Sequence record: NC_010811.2
Length of the DNA stretch: 64,000 bases
Reading direction: 5' to 3' (one strand)
Positions 10,221 through 19,342 of this stretch are shown piece by piece. A model generated the notes under the pieces. It had not been told where the DNA came from. It saw only the letters and a list, made by a program, of their open reading frames with translations, and did not search any database. How positions within the stretch are numbered: position 1 is the first letter of the stretch; each line of letters begins with the position of its first letter. Position numbers and translations under genes: made by a program.

Positions 10221-11339
10221 TTAGATTTGACGCGAAGAGCGGAAATTGAGAGGCACACCACTCTGCGACTTGATCAGATTGGTGATGTACTGGTTCAGGC
10301 CGTAGTTCAGATCGAACGCAATGGGATACGAGGCCAGACACGGCGTGCTGCCAGTCACAATCAGCGCACTGGTATCCGACCACGTCACGTCCAGCAATCC
10401 ACTGCCGCTGGACGAGTTGGTGGCCGTCGTCTGCAAGAAGATAGACTGTTGATTGTTGCCTGCGTAGTCAGCGTAGAACTTGATGAAGTTCTTGCGACAT
10501 GCGAGCTGAGCCGCGTTGCTGCCACTGGTGGCGGACACGAGAGTGCCCTGCACCTGGAACTGCGAAGCGAACTGATGCAGCTCGGTGCTGGAGCTGCGTG
10601 CCTGCACACCAAGGAATCCCCAGTAGGCAGTCGGGTCAGTGATGTTGACCACTGCGCCATCCAACTGCACATAACCACGAGCGTCGCCGTCCACCCCACG
10701 AACCATGTCCGACAGTCCAGTGTACAGACTGATCGACGGATTGCTGGGCGCCGCTGGCAGGTTGATTTGCACGCCGGAGAACACTACGTTGCCCGCGAAG
10801 CGGTTGATGCCTGACAGCTTGTTGAGGCCGGTTACCAGACTGGCAGTCGGCGTGATGATCGGTCGCTGCAGATCAGACATGAACGCGGGTACAGTAGTGC
10901 CGTTCACAAGCGGTCCGTTGAAATCGCCGTACTTCGGATCACCGTAGAACGTGAACATGATCTGTCCACCGTAGATGTTGAAGTCGTTGATCAGTGGATA
11001 CGTTTGGCCAGCGGCCAGCGCCAGCGTCACATTGCTGCGATACAGACTGTCGGGCGACGGGCCAATGACCTGCGACAGTGCGTAGTCGATGGTCTTGAAC
11101 GGTGCGGCCTTCGACCCGTTGTTGACGGTGTCAGCACCAGTCGCCGTATTCACGTAGTAGGTGCCGGTCAGCGCGCCACTGTACAGGCCGTTCTGGCTAC
11201 CGAACGCGGTCAGCACTTGAAGCCGATTCCCAGGATAGGTCGAGACCTGGATGGTGGTAGGATCCACTGTGTCTCCCGCGTCCATCGGCCGATGGACGGA
11301 GTTTGCAGCGTCGTAAAAGACTGGAGTACGTTGGGTCAT
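10221..11339 (-). CDS. Virion structural protein (fibre/baseplate associated)
   Basis: 372 aa; YYVNTATGAD..NNGSKAAPFKTIDYAL motif typical of beta-helix/DUF1565-like starts; inside the baseplate operon. Confidence 0.55.
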   Translation of the reverse strand: MTQRTPVFYDAANSVHRPMDAGDTVDPTTIQVSTYPGNRLQVLTAFGSQNGLYSGALTGTYYVNTATGADTVNNGSKAAPFKTIDYALSQVIGPSPDSLYRSNVTLALAAGQTYPLINDFNIYGGQIMFTFYGDPKYGDFNGPLVNGTTVPAFMSDLQRPIITPTASLVTGLNKLSGINRFAGNVVFSGVQINLPAAPSNPSISLYTGLSDMVRGVDGDARGYVQLDGAVVNITDPTAYWGFLGVQARSSSTELHQFASQFQVQGTLVSATSGSNAAQLACRKNFIKFYADYAGNNQQSIFLQTTATNSSSGSGLLDVTWSDTSALIVTGSTPCLASYPIAFDLNYGLNQYITNLIKSQSGVPLNFRSSRQI

Positions 11340-11347
11340 GTCTTAGC

Positions 11348-12586
11348 TCAATCAGTGAGGTTCCAGTAGGGGCTAAGATATCCAGTGCCCCCTATGTCCG
11401 CAAATCCAGCAGGATTCGCCAGGATGTACTTGCGTTGTGCGCCGACCATCGCCGTGACCGCGGTGCCAATCGTCGACTGCGAAGGCGTAGCACTGTATCC
11501 AGGCACACGACCGGGACTGGTGGGCGACGTGGGAATCGGCACCCACGACACGGGACCCGCCAACAAGCGGAATCCGTTGACCTGTCCGTTGGTGCTGGCC
11601 CCGCCCATCACGTTGGTCGGCACGTCAGGACCAGTGGTCAGCTGCTGATCGGTGTACGAATACACCGGGAACTTCTTGTCACCCTGGATCAACCACGAGC
11701 TAGGTGCCGCCAGCATGTAGATAGACGGAGCGCCAGCAGGCATGTAGATCTTAGTGTTGACCGACGGATCAGTGCTGTAAGTGCTAGGTGGCGACGCACC
11801 GAAGCGCGCGAAGTTGGACATCGTGATGTCCTGCACCGCGTACATCGCAGCCGCGACGATGGTGGCCGTCGTGTAACCGGGCGCAATGTGGTCCACCATC
11901 CACAGGTCATAACTCAGATCGATCGACTGCAGGACAAGATTGTAGTTCGCAATCTCGTAGAAGAACAAGGCCAACGACGCTGGGTCGATCTGACGCAAAC
12001 CTCCTGCTGCGCTGATGCTCACATGCGACGTTGGGTACCACGTGCCTCCGTTCCAGATGGGAGTACCAATGCTGGGGTCGTTATCAGGCACGAACGACAC
12101 ATAGTCCTGCGTCCACAGGCGCTGCACTGTGAGCTGCACGCTGAGGCAGTAGTTGATGAAGTCGATGAACGACTGCGTGCCCTTGCCAAACCAATACTGA
12201 CCAATCCAGCGGCTGATGGTCTGATACTGATCGTCAGTGATAAGCCCCGCTGACTGCAGCTTCATGCCCAGCGCGTTCACCTGCTTAACTGCGATCGAGC
12301 GCTCGAACTGCGGCCAGTCGCTGAAGTCCAGCATCTGATTGGTGAGAATCTTCTGTTCAAGCGTGGGGTTCGTCACCCACATGTTGCGCAGATTGGCCAG
12401 GATCTCCGTCTTCTCATCGACAGCAGGACCCAGCACATCATCCAGCGACTGCGCGTAGTCCACATAGTATGGATTCTGCGACAGGTAAGGCGGCAACAGG
12501 ACTGACCGCGGAATGCGGTAGCCCAGTCGCTTATTCTCTTTCACGTCGGTCGACGGCTGATCCAACGTGTAGGTGAACATTCCCAT
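11348..12586 (-). CDS. Baseplate wedge subunit (gp7/tail protein I-like)
   Basis: Follows the gp6-like gene with a TAATG stop/start overlap; GKGTQSFIDFINYCL pattern resembles wedge proteins. Confidence 0.6.
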   Translation of the reverse strand: MGMFTYTLDQPSTDVKENKRLGYRIPRSVLLPPYLSQNPYYVDYAQSLDDVLGPAVDEKTEILANLRNMWVTNPTLEQKILTNQMLDFSDWPQFERSIAVKQVNALGMKLQSAGLITDDQYQTISRWIGQYWFGKGTQSFIDFINYCLSVQLTVQRLWTQDYVSFVPDNDPSIGTPIWNGGTWYPTSHVSISAAGGLRQIDPASLALFFYEIANYNLVLQSIDLSYDLWMVDHIAPGYTTATIVAAAMYAVQDITMSNFARFGASPPSTYSTDPSVNTKIYMPAGAPSIYMLAAPSSWLIQGDKKFPVYSYTDQQLTTGPDVPTNVMGGASTNGQVNGFRLLAGPVSWVPIPTSPTSPGRVPGYSATPSQSTIGTAVTAMVGAQRKYILANPAGFADIGGTGYLSPYWNLTD

Positions 12587-14370
12587 TATTGGCCCCCAAG
12601 CAATCGGGTGGGATCCGCGTCAGTGATGGTCGGTTGCTGACGTTCGCTGTAGTAGGCGTTGACCGTGAGCGACGAAAGCGAGTTGTACCGGATCGGGAAT
12701 TCTCCGCTAGACGGCAGACCTCCTGACGGCGTGATGCTCCCGTTGTCCGTGAACGTGGTGCTGGTCGCAGGCACGTTCGCCAACAAACCCAAGCCTCCTG
12801 CCTGACGTCCCCACACTTGATACGAAGCGGCGCCCGCCACCGCAGGCCACGTCAGCGTGATCGCGTGGGTGTTGCCTGGATCAGTGATCTGCGGGAAGAT
12901 CCACTTCGTCGGATAACCGACGTCGCCGTTGGTGAGCGTAGTGCTTACCGCGTACGCATACACAAGCGGCCCCAACGTGCCCAGACTCGGAAGGATCGTG
13001 AACGTGGGCAGCGGGCTTTCGGGCGCTGTGACGATCATCGGACCAACCGGGCTGTTGACTCGAACGTACGACACTTGACCGGGACTGGCGTTGACCACCG
13101 TCTCGATCAGATCAGACGTGTAGAAGTTGGTCATCAGCAGGCCGGGGCGCGGCGCAAACAGATTTGTGAGCGCCGTAACGCTGTTCTGCTGAACCTGAGA
13201 GGGGATCGCCGAGTTGAACACGAATACATCCACGTTCACGTCCCGCGGAATTGCAATCGGGTCTTGCCACAGGAAGTATGCAGCATACATCGTCACCGAT
13301 TGGCAGTAATTGAGGAACGACTGGATCTGGTCCTGCGTCCACGGGCTGCTGGTAAGCGCCGACACGCGGATCACATTCATCCAGCGAACATCGCCTGGAT
13401 CAATCTCGCGCTGTGCCTGAGTCACAGCGTCCTTTACCCCTGGATACGTAGCGATCAACGCCTGATACTGCGACTTGGTGACCGCCGAGCTGTAGGTGCC
13501 GAAGCTGCCGGACGCCACGTTCTTGTAGGCGACGATCGACTTCTCGCTGCTGCCACCTGTCGGGTTTGAGGTAGCGACTCCGGTGATCGATGAGAAGCCG
13601 ACCACGGTCACTGCCTTGTTCAACGTGATGATCGAGTCGCCCGCCTGTCCCTGTGTGACCGGATAGCTGATGGTCACGATATCGTTGACCTGAGGGATCG
13701 TACCGAACTGGCCGCTGACCCCGCCCAAGTTGCCGAACACCGTGATCAGACGACCGTCCGACAGCGTGAGGTCGGCGAACGCAGGCAATCCGTCGTAGTT
13801 CCACAGCGTGCCGAACGACTTGGGAATGAACGTGCCGTTGACTTGCACCCAGACGTCCTGGTCCGAGATCACAAAGCTGTCCTGAGTCGAAACCCATGTC
13901 TGCCGTTCGGTGCCCAAACCTGCCATGCCATAGCTGTAGATCTGGCCTTCGTACAGCGTAACCGTGGTCGGGCTGTTTGCCGCCAGCGTCAGCTGCTGAC
14001 GGTTGAAGAAGTAGTTCCCAGCGCAGCTGAATTGAGTCAGCGGGGGAATGGAAACAACGCTGGAGCTGGTCAGCGTCACGGTCATCGCGCTCGGCAGCCA
14101 GCGTGTGATGCGCAGCCCCTGCATCTGCGCGATGGACAGGATGGCGTCATCGGACAGTGCAGTTTCCGCGTACGCATCCTCGTACGAACGACGGATACGA
14201 CCCTGCGCAAAAGTGCCGACGGCCGACGCGAAATCGACGAGCGTGCTGCTGGTCTGGGTAGGCAGCGTGCCCTTCCAGCTTTGACGAGTCTGCAGGTTGG
14301 ACTGGAACTGCGAGACGAACTGATCGAAGTCGACTGTGGCGTCGCTCAGGGTGAGTACGGTACTTGGCAT
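12586..14370 (-). CDS. Baseplate wedge subunit (T4 gp6 / baseplate J-like)
   Basis: 594 aa; DFDQFVSQF, AYAETA, SAVTKSQYQALI pattern; position after the gp25-like gene. Confidence 0.75.
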   Translation of the reverse strand: MPSTVLTLSDATVDFDQFVSQFQSNLQTRQSWKGTLPTQTSSTLVDFASAVGTFAQGRIRRSYEDAYAETALSDDAILSIAQMQGLRITRWLPSAMTVTLTSSSVVSIPPLTQFSCAGNYFFNRQQLTLAANSPTTVTLYEGQIYSYGMAGLGTERQTWVSTQDSFVISDQDVWVQVNGTFIPKSFGTLWNYDGLPAFADLTLSDGRLITVFGNLGGVSGQFGTIPQVNDIVTISYPVTQGQAGDSIITLNKAVTVVGFSSITGVATSNPTGGSSEKSIVAYKNVASGSFGTYSSAVTKSQYQALIATYPGVKDAVTQAQREIDPGDVRWMNVIRVSALTSSPWTQDQIQSFLNYCQSVTMYAAYFLWQDPIAIPRDVNVDVFVFNSAIPSQVQQNSVTALTNLFAPRPGLLMTNFYTSDLIETVVNASPGQVSYVRVNSPVGPMIVTAPESPLPTFTILPSLGTLGPLVYAYAVSTTLTNGDVGYPTKWIFPQITDPGNTHAITLTWPAVAGAASYQVWGRQAGGLGLLANVPATSTTFTDNGSITPSGGLPSSGEFPIRYNSLSSLTVNAYYSERQQPTITDADPTRLLGGQ

Positions 14371-14377
14371 AGCTCGC

Positions 14378-14782
14378 CTACGGAATTAGGTTGAAGTTCA
14401 CCACCTGCCGATTCGATCGCAGATTCAAGGTAAAGGCAATCTGCACACGGTAGCCCGGCAGGCTGTAGTCTGGCAGGATGAACGTACTGCTTGTGTCGAT
14501 CGAGATGCGGGGTTCCCACGTCTGAATCGCCTGGATAGTCGACAGGTTCATCTTGTTGGCAGTCACATCGTCGATTGGTTCCTGTAGGAACTGAGTCCAC
14601 AGCGTACCGTACGTCGGGTTGAAGATTGGACCACGCGCACCAATCGGGCAGTTCAGAAGATTCGCCAGACTGTTGCGCACTGCGTATTCATCAGGCAGAA
14701 GATCGCCGCTACCGTCCAACGTGTAATACGTATTGGCGTCGATCCATACTGCCTGATCCCATTGTAGACCGGAGACTTGCAT
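14378..14782 (-). CDS. Baseplate wedge / sheath initiator (T4 gp25-like)
   Basis: VRNSLANLLNCPIGARGPIFNPTYG..AIQTWEPRI motif; start moved to ATG 14782, just after the spike gene stop. Confidence 0.8.
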   Translation of the reverse strand: MQVSGLQWDQAVWIDANTYYTLDGSGDLLPDEYAVRNSLANLLNCPIGARGPIFNPTYGTLWTQFLQEPIDDVTANKMNLSTIQAIQTWEPRISIDTSSTFILPDYSLPGYRVQIAFTLNLRSNRQVVNFNLIP

Positions 14783-14786
14783 ACGT

Positions 14787-15581
14787 TTAAGCCTGTTGAG
14801 GAGTGACCAAGGACGTACGAGTATCGCCACCCCCTTGAACGTTCGGCACATCGTGAACGTGGATGTCGTACAGGTGACGGAATTGACGTGCACTGAGTGT
14901 GTTACCGGTATCTGTGCTATCGGTCATATCACCGCCCGACGTCACAGTCTGGTCTGCGACGACCGGTCCGTGGAATTGATGAAGAGTGGCTGTGTACGTA
15001 GCGGTACCTCCTGCCTGGAAGTTGACGTTGCCGCTCGCTTGAATGCTGGCGTTGCCCGTCACGTTCACCTGCCAGTCACCATTGGAATTCGTTACGTCGC
15101 CGTTGACCGCGGTAATGCGCTTGCCATTGGCGTCGATATTGATGACTGCACCGCCCGCCGTCACGAACTTGTAAGTGTGCGCAGCCAGATCGTAGATGAC
15201 GATATTGCCGTCAGGGTCTTGGAATCCCCACACGTGAGCATTGGCAAACTGTGGAGGGACTGCAGGTGCCGTCAGCAGGTTGGTGTACAGCGGCTGATGT
15301 GGATCACCATCTTGCAGCTCCACCTTCACAGTGGATCCTGCTGGAGGCGTGCCGAACACTCCATACGGACCCTTAGCCCCAACACCAAATCCGAACGGAC
15401 TGTCCTTCAGCGGACCTACCCACGGCACTTCACCTGCGGACGCGTCAAACAGGCCGGGCACGTTGGCCTGAACGCGGCCCATGCCCGTTGTGTCTTGTTG
15501 ACCTGCGACAGTTCCCAAATAGTAGCCATCGCTGTAGTCTTCGCTTCCCTCGATCTGATCGTTGACTGTTTGGAAACTCAT
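14787..15581 (-). CDS. Baseplate central spike (gp5/gpV-like)
   Basis: OB-fold start YYLGTVAG..GRVQANVPGL, beta-helix repeats and C-terminal HVH metal-binding apex. Confidence 0.8.
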   Translation of the reverse strand: MSFQTVNDQIEGSEDYSDGYYLGTVAGQQDTTGMGRVQANVPGLFDASAGEVPWVGPLKDSPFGFGVGAKGPYGVFGTPPAGSTVKVELQDGDPHQPLYTNLLTAPAVPPQFANAHVWGFQDPDGNIVIYDLAAHTYKFVTAGGAVINIDANGKRITAVNGDVTNSNGDWQVNVTGNASIQASGNVNFQAGGTATYTATLHQFHGPVVADQTVTSGGDMTDSTDTGNTLSARQFRHLYDIHVHDVPNVQGGGDTRTSLVTPQQA

Positions 15582-15590
15582 AGCATCCTC

Positions 15591-16712
15591 TTACGCCGAC
15601 TTGTACTGCATGTTCGTGCCCTGACGCACGCCCAGGATCTTCTCACCAAACGACGCACCCTGAACGAACAGCGCCTGCGCGGCGATCGTGTACTCACCTG
15701 CGTATGCGGTGTCCGACTTCTGATTCTCTGCGTCCACCGCGAAGGTGAACTTGTCGAACAGATTGAAGGTGGTCGGAGTCAGCATCAGGAACTCGACCGC
15801 CGTGTTGTACAGTGCTGCGAACCGTTGATTCTGATAGCGTGCCTGCTCGTAGGCCGGATGCGTGTTGCCGATGTCCAGCCCACCGTACGAACGATAGCCC
15901 GACACGATCTTCTGACTGATCGTTTGATTGAGCATGGGGCTCGTCACGTCGGGCACATAGGTGAGCTGCGACCAACTGTCAGTAGCCTGCGGATTGACCA
16001 GCGACTGGCCGTAGCGCGTGTGCTGGTAGCCCTGCATCTTGTTGCTCATGCCGCTGGCTGCAACCGGCTGATAGTCCATCGCCACGTAGGAGCCCGGCAC
16101 GATCTGGCCCAGAGTCACCTGCAGCTTAGACTTCGGCAGCTGATTGACGTTGCGATAGCGCAGCACACCGTCCAGCCCCAAACCCGCGACCATGTAGGAC
16201 GTGTTGTTGACGTAACCGCGAGCCACCACCGCCTTGACGAACTCAGCATACGAGCGATTGCGAGGCGTCCACAGTTGACTGTCGGTTGTCGACACACCGT
16301 CGTACTTCAGACCACACGTCGCTGCGATCTGCTTCAGCACCTCGTCTGAGGTTCCGCGAATGCTTGTGGTACTGGTGCCCGCCCAGTACAGAGGACTGTC
16401 CCAGTAGCCGTCAACATCATAGACGAAGCACTCACCGTTGAACGACTTCTTGTGATTAAATTTCCGAAAGCTGTACGTGCGCTGATCACCACCCAACGCA
16501 CGCAGGGTGATGGTCAGCGGGATGCCATCCTGCAGATTGAACGCGTCCATCGCGTGACGCGCATCCCCAATGACGAAGCGGCAAGTGGGAACACGAGTGC
16601 GCGTTGAACAGCCAATGTGCAGCATGTGCAGGAAGTTCAAGGTGTCGAGCGGAAACTCCACACCATCGATGAGGATCGTTACTTCCAACCGATCGGCTAC
16701 TGTGTATCCCAT
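15591..16712 (-). CDS. Baseplate hub protein (gp27/gpD-like)
   Basis: 373 aa directly upstream of the spike gene; SDEVLKQIAATCGL hub-like pattern. Confidence 0.6.
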   Translation of the reverse strand: MGYTVADRLEVTILIDGVEFPLDTLNFLHMLHIGCSTRTRVPTCRFVIGDARHAMDAFNLQDGIPLTITLRALGGDQRTYSFRKFNHKKSFNGECFVYDVDGYWDSPLYWAGTSTTSIRGTSDEVLKQIAATCGLKYDGVSTTDSQLWTPRNRSYAEFVKAVVARGYVNNTSYMVAGLGLDGVLRYRNVNQLPKSKLQVTLGQIVPGSYVAMDYQPVAASGMSNKMQGYQHTRYGQSLVNPQATDSWSQLTYVPDVTSPMLNQTISQKIVSGYRSYGGLDIGNTHPAYEQARYQNQRFAALYNTAVEFLMLTPTTFNLFDKFTFAVDAENQKSDTAYAGEYTIAAQALFVQGASFGEKILGVRQGTNMQYKSA

Positions 16713-16715
16713 GAC

Positions 16716-17060
16716 TCAGATGGTGATCGTTTGTTGACGGTTCGTTTGCTGACGGCTGATGAAGGCCAGCAGACTTGCCTTGCTTGGGATCTTCAACACG
16801 ACGCCGGGTTGCACATCGGTCAGGGGATCGCTCAGGCCGTTGTACGACAACAGAGCGTGCCACAGACTGGTGTCCGCATACAGATTGTAGGCCAAGCCCG
16901 GCAGATTGAATGCAGTGCTTGCGTCCAACGTCACTTGCTGCGACTGCTGAACGTTGAAACGGACGTTCTTGAAGCCAGATCGGAAGATGTCGATGTAGCC
17001 AGTGTTGTCCACCGGCGTGTACTTCGAGTAGTTGAAATCGCCAGAGTAGGTTCCGCTCAT
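16716..17060 (-). CDS. LysM-like baseplate wedge protein (gp53/tail X-like)
   Basis: LAYNLYADTSLWHALLSYNGLSDP..GVVLKIP motif. Confidence 0.75.
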   Translation of the reverse strand: MSGTYSGDFNYSKYTPVDNTGYIDIFRSGFKNVRFNVQQSQQVTLDASTAFNLPGLAYNLYADTSLWHALLSYNGLSDPLTDVQPGVVLKIPSKASLLAFISRQQTNRQQTITI

Positions 17061-17071
17061 GCTCGTACTCC

Positions 17072-17986
17072 TTAGCCCAGATTGAAGACGCCAGCACGAC
17101 CACCGAGGCCCGAACCCAACAGCGCGCCGCTATTGCCTCGATTCAGGTACACGTTGTCCAGATCGTCTTGCGTCAGGACGAACATGGGCCGGAAGCCGAT
17201 GCCGACCTTCACGTGGTGCGGCAGGTGCGTCAGGCTGTCGAAGTTGCTGGAGAACGTCTGCGCGATGCGGGTGATCACCACGTTGTCGAACAGCAGATAT
17301 TCGCCAATCTGAATGCTGATGCGGTTGGACACCAGACTCTTCCAGTACTGAGCGCTGCCCAAGTTCGGGTTGTCGGTGGTGGATGTGACGCCCGCCGTGT
17401 TGTTCCCGTCAGTGGACTGCTGATTGGTGTTGATCATGGCACTCGGGTAGAACAGACCGCTGCCCAATCCAGTGCTCACTACCTTCGGATTGTAGTTGTA
17501 CGAGGCACTGGACGAGCTAGTGGTGCCCTGCTGCGTGAAGATGTTCTTGCCCTCGGTCAACGCGTCCTTCGCCAGTTTCTGAAGCTGAGCAAAGTCCAGC
17601 TGAGGACCGGGGCTGATGAGCAGTCCGCTTTCCTTGCTGATGCTGGGGGTCGTCATCTTCATCAGGTTGAGGATGGGCAGTCGCACGTCAGTCGCAGGAT
17701 CGTTTTCCGTGTGGAACTCAACCTCGAAATACAGGTCACCCGTCGTTGTGCCTTGCCACAACTGAGCGGTCAGCGACTGGACTGCGAGCTTCACACCCAT
17801 GACGGCGAGCGCGTTGTTCACCGTCTTGTTGTCGGTAATGCCTTGCGGCATCAGCGGTTCGTACGAAGAGTCGGTCTCAAACTGAATGCTGTCCGGCAGC
17901 GGAGCAGTCACAGAGATGTTGGGCTTGGAGCTGCCGGGCACGCCATACTGCTGGATGTACGCGAGATATGCTGAGTTCAGAGCCAT
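17072..17986 (-). CDS. Baseplate / tail-tube initiator-like protein
   Basis: Tube-fold-like segments (ISIQIGEYLLFDNVVITRI..VKVGIGFRP); context between muramidase and LysM genes. Confidence 0.5.
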   Translation of the reverse strand: MALNSAYLAYIQQYGVPGSSKPNISVTAPLPDSIQFETDSSYEPLMPQGITDNKTVNNALAVMGVKLAVQSLTAQLWQGTTTGDLYFEVEFHTENDPATDVRLPILNLMKMTTPSISKESGLLISPGPQLDFAQLQKLAKDALTEGKNIFTQQGTTSSSSASYNYNPKVVSTGLGSGLFYPSAMINTNQQSTDGNNTAGVTSTTDNPNLGSAQYWKSLVSNRISIQIGEYLLFDNVVITRIAQTFSSNFDSLTHLPHHVKVGIGFRPMFVLTQDDLDNVYLNRGNSGALLGSGLGGRAGVFNLG

Positions 17987-17994
17987 GATGCATC

Positions 17995-19338
17995 CTATGA
18001 CGCGCTGTTGAGCGCAATCGTTGTGTTACGTGGCCCACGGACCAGAGTGCGGTCCTGCGGCTGATTCTGTGCGATTGTTGACGGTGTGGGGCGTGCTGTC
18101 CCGTTAGTGGCCTGTGGTGCGCCACGTGAGGTGGCGGCAATCGTCGTGCTGGGAGTCAGCACGTTAGCTCCCTGCCCGTACGTAGCGCGTTCCGCCTGCA
18201 ACACGTTCGCCATCTCTTGGGCTGAGATAGAAGCCCGGTTGCCTTGGATCCCGTCGTAGTACGACACACGACCATCGCTGATCTGACCATTGCGAATGCG
18301 ATAGCCAGCCGGAGCAGCGACCGACGCCCATTCTTGGGACAAGGCGAGCACCGCACCCCACAGGTCATCAGTCTGTCCGCGAACATAACGCATGACCTGC
18401 GTGCGAACCTGAGTCACCATGTACTCAAACGCTCGATTCTGGAACGCCTGATCGAACATCGTAGTCTGTGGATTGATGCCGAGACCGTGGACAACGGACG
18501 CGAGCGTGCCGCGAATGAACTGATAGCGGCCGACTGCGTTGTAGTTGCCAATGTCCTGCTGATGCTGAATCTGTGCCACCGTCATGTGGATCAGATCTTC
18601 GTGCCCTGCACGTCCCGCACGTGCACTGCGTGCGCTGTAGTTCACGCTGTTGTAGTCACCTTCGCCGCGTGAGATCAAAGCCTTCAGTCGACCAAGAGGT
18701 TCGCTGTCGCCGACACCGCCACGCACGGGACCAGCAACCGACGACGGAGCGGCCCCTACGGGAGTGGGCACCACTTGCGCGGAGCTTGGAGCAGGTGGCG
18801 TCGGGCTGATCTTCTCGGCGGTCTCTGGGAAGAAGCGACGCAGAACCGACATTGCCACCCAGCCCAGACCCGCAACACCTGCGATGATAGCAGCCGCGAT
18901 CAACACTTCCGGGGCCATGACTACGGCCACAACCCCTTCCAGCAACGGAACCAGCAGACTACGGGCGACGAACGACAGCGCGCCGCCCACAACGTCGAAC
19001 GCCAGCCACTTAACAGCACGCCACAACCCCATGAAGATGACGCGAGCCACTCCACGAGTAGCGATCCACGCGGCCTCCTTGGCCAACCAACGACCAACGC
19101 GACCCAGTAGCCCTTCTTCATTGTCAGGATCAGATTGCATCATCCGATCCATCCAATGCACAGCGCCCAGTGTGGCTAGGATATGATCTTCGGTCTCGGC
19201 GCGAGTGCGTGCGTTTTCCAGCAACTGCTGCATGTTGCTTGGGATTTGCGTGAAGAGGCGCGACTGCTCTTGCTCATCTTCAATCACATTTCCCACGTGT
19301 GGTTTGCCGTACGCAACGGCCAATTCCAAGAAGTCCAT
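17995..19338 (-). CDS. Tail-associated lysozyme-like muramidase with hydrophobic N-terminal region
   Basis: LISRGEGDYNSVN..AVGRYQFIRGTL..FDQAFQ lysozyme-superfamily motif; Ala/Val-rich hydrophobic stretch. Confidence 0.7.
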   Translation of the reverse strand: MDFLELAVAYGKPHVGNVIEDEQEQSRLFTQIPSNMQQLLENARTRAETEDHILATLGAVHWMDRMMQSDPDNEEGLLGRVGRWLAKEAAWIATRGVARVIFMGLWRAVKWLAFDVVGGALSFVARSLLVPLLEGVVAVVMAPEVLIAAAIIAGVAGLGWVAMSVLRRFFPETAEKISPTPPAPSSAQVVPTPVGAAPSSVAGPVRGGVGDSEPLGRLKALISRGEGDYNSVNYSARSARAGRAGHEDLIHMTVAQIQHQQDIGNYNAVGRYQFIRGTLASVVHGLGINPQTTMFDQAFQNRAFEYMVTQVRTQVMRYVRGQTDDLWGAVLALSQEWASVAAPAGYRIRNGQISDGRVSYYDGIQGNRASISAQEMANVLQAERATYGQGANVLTPSTTIAATSRGAPQATNGTARPTPSTIAQNQPQDRTLVRGPRNTTIALNSAS

Positions 19339-19342
19339 GATC

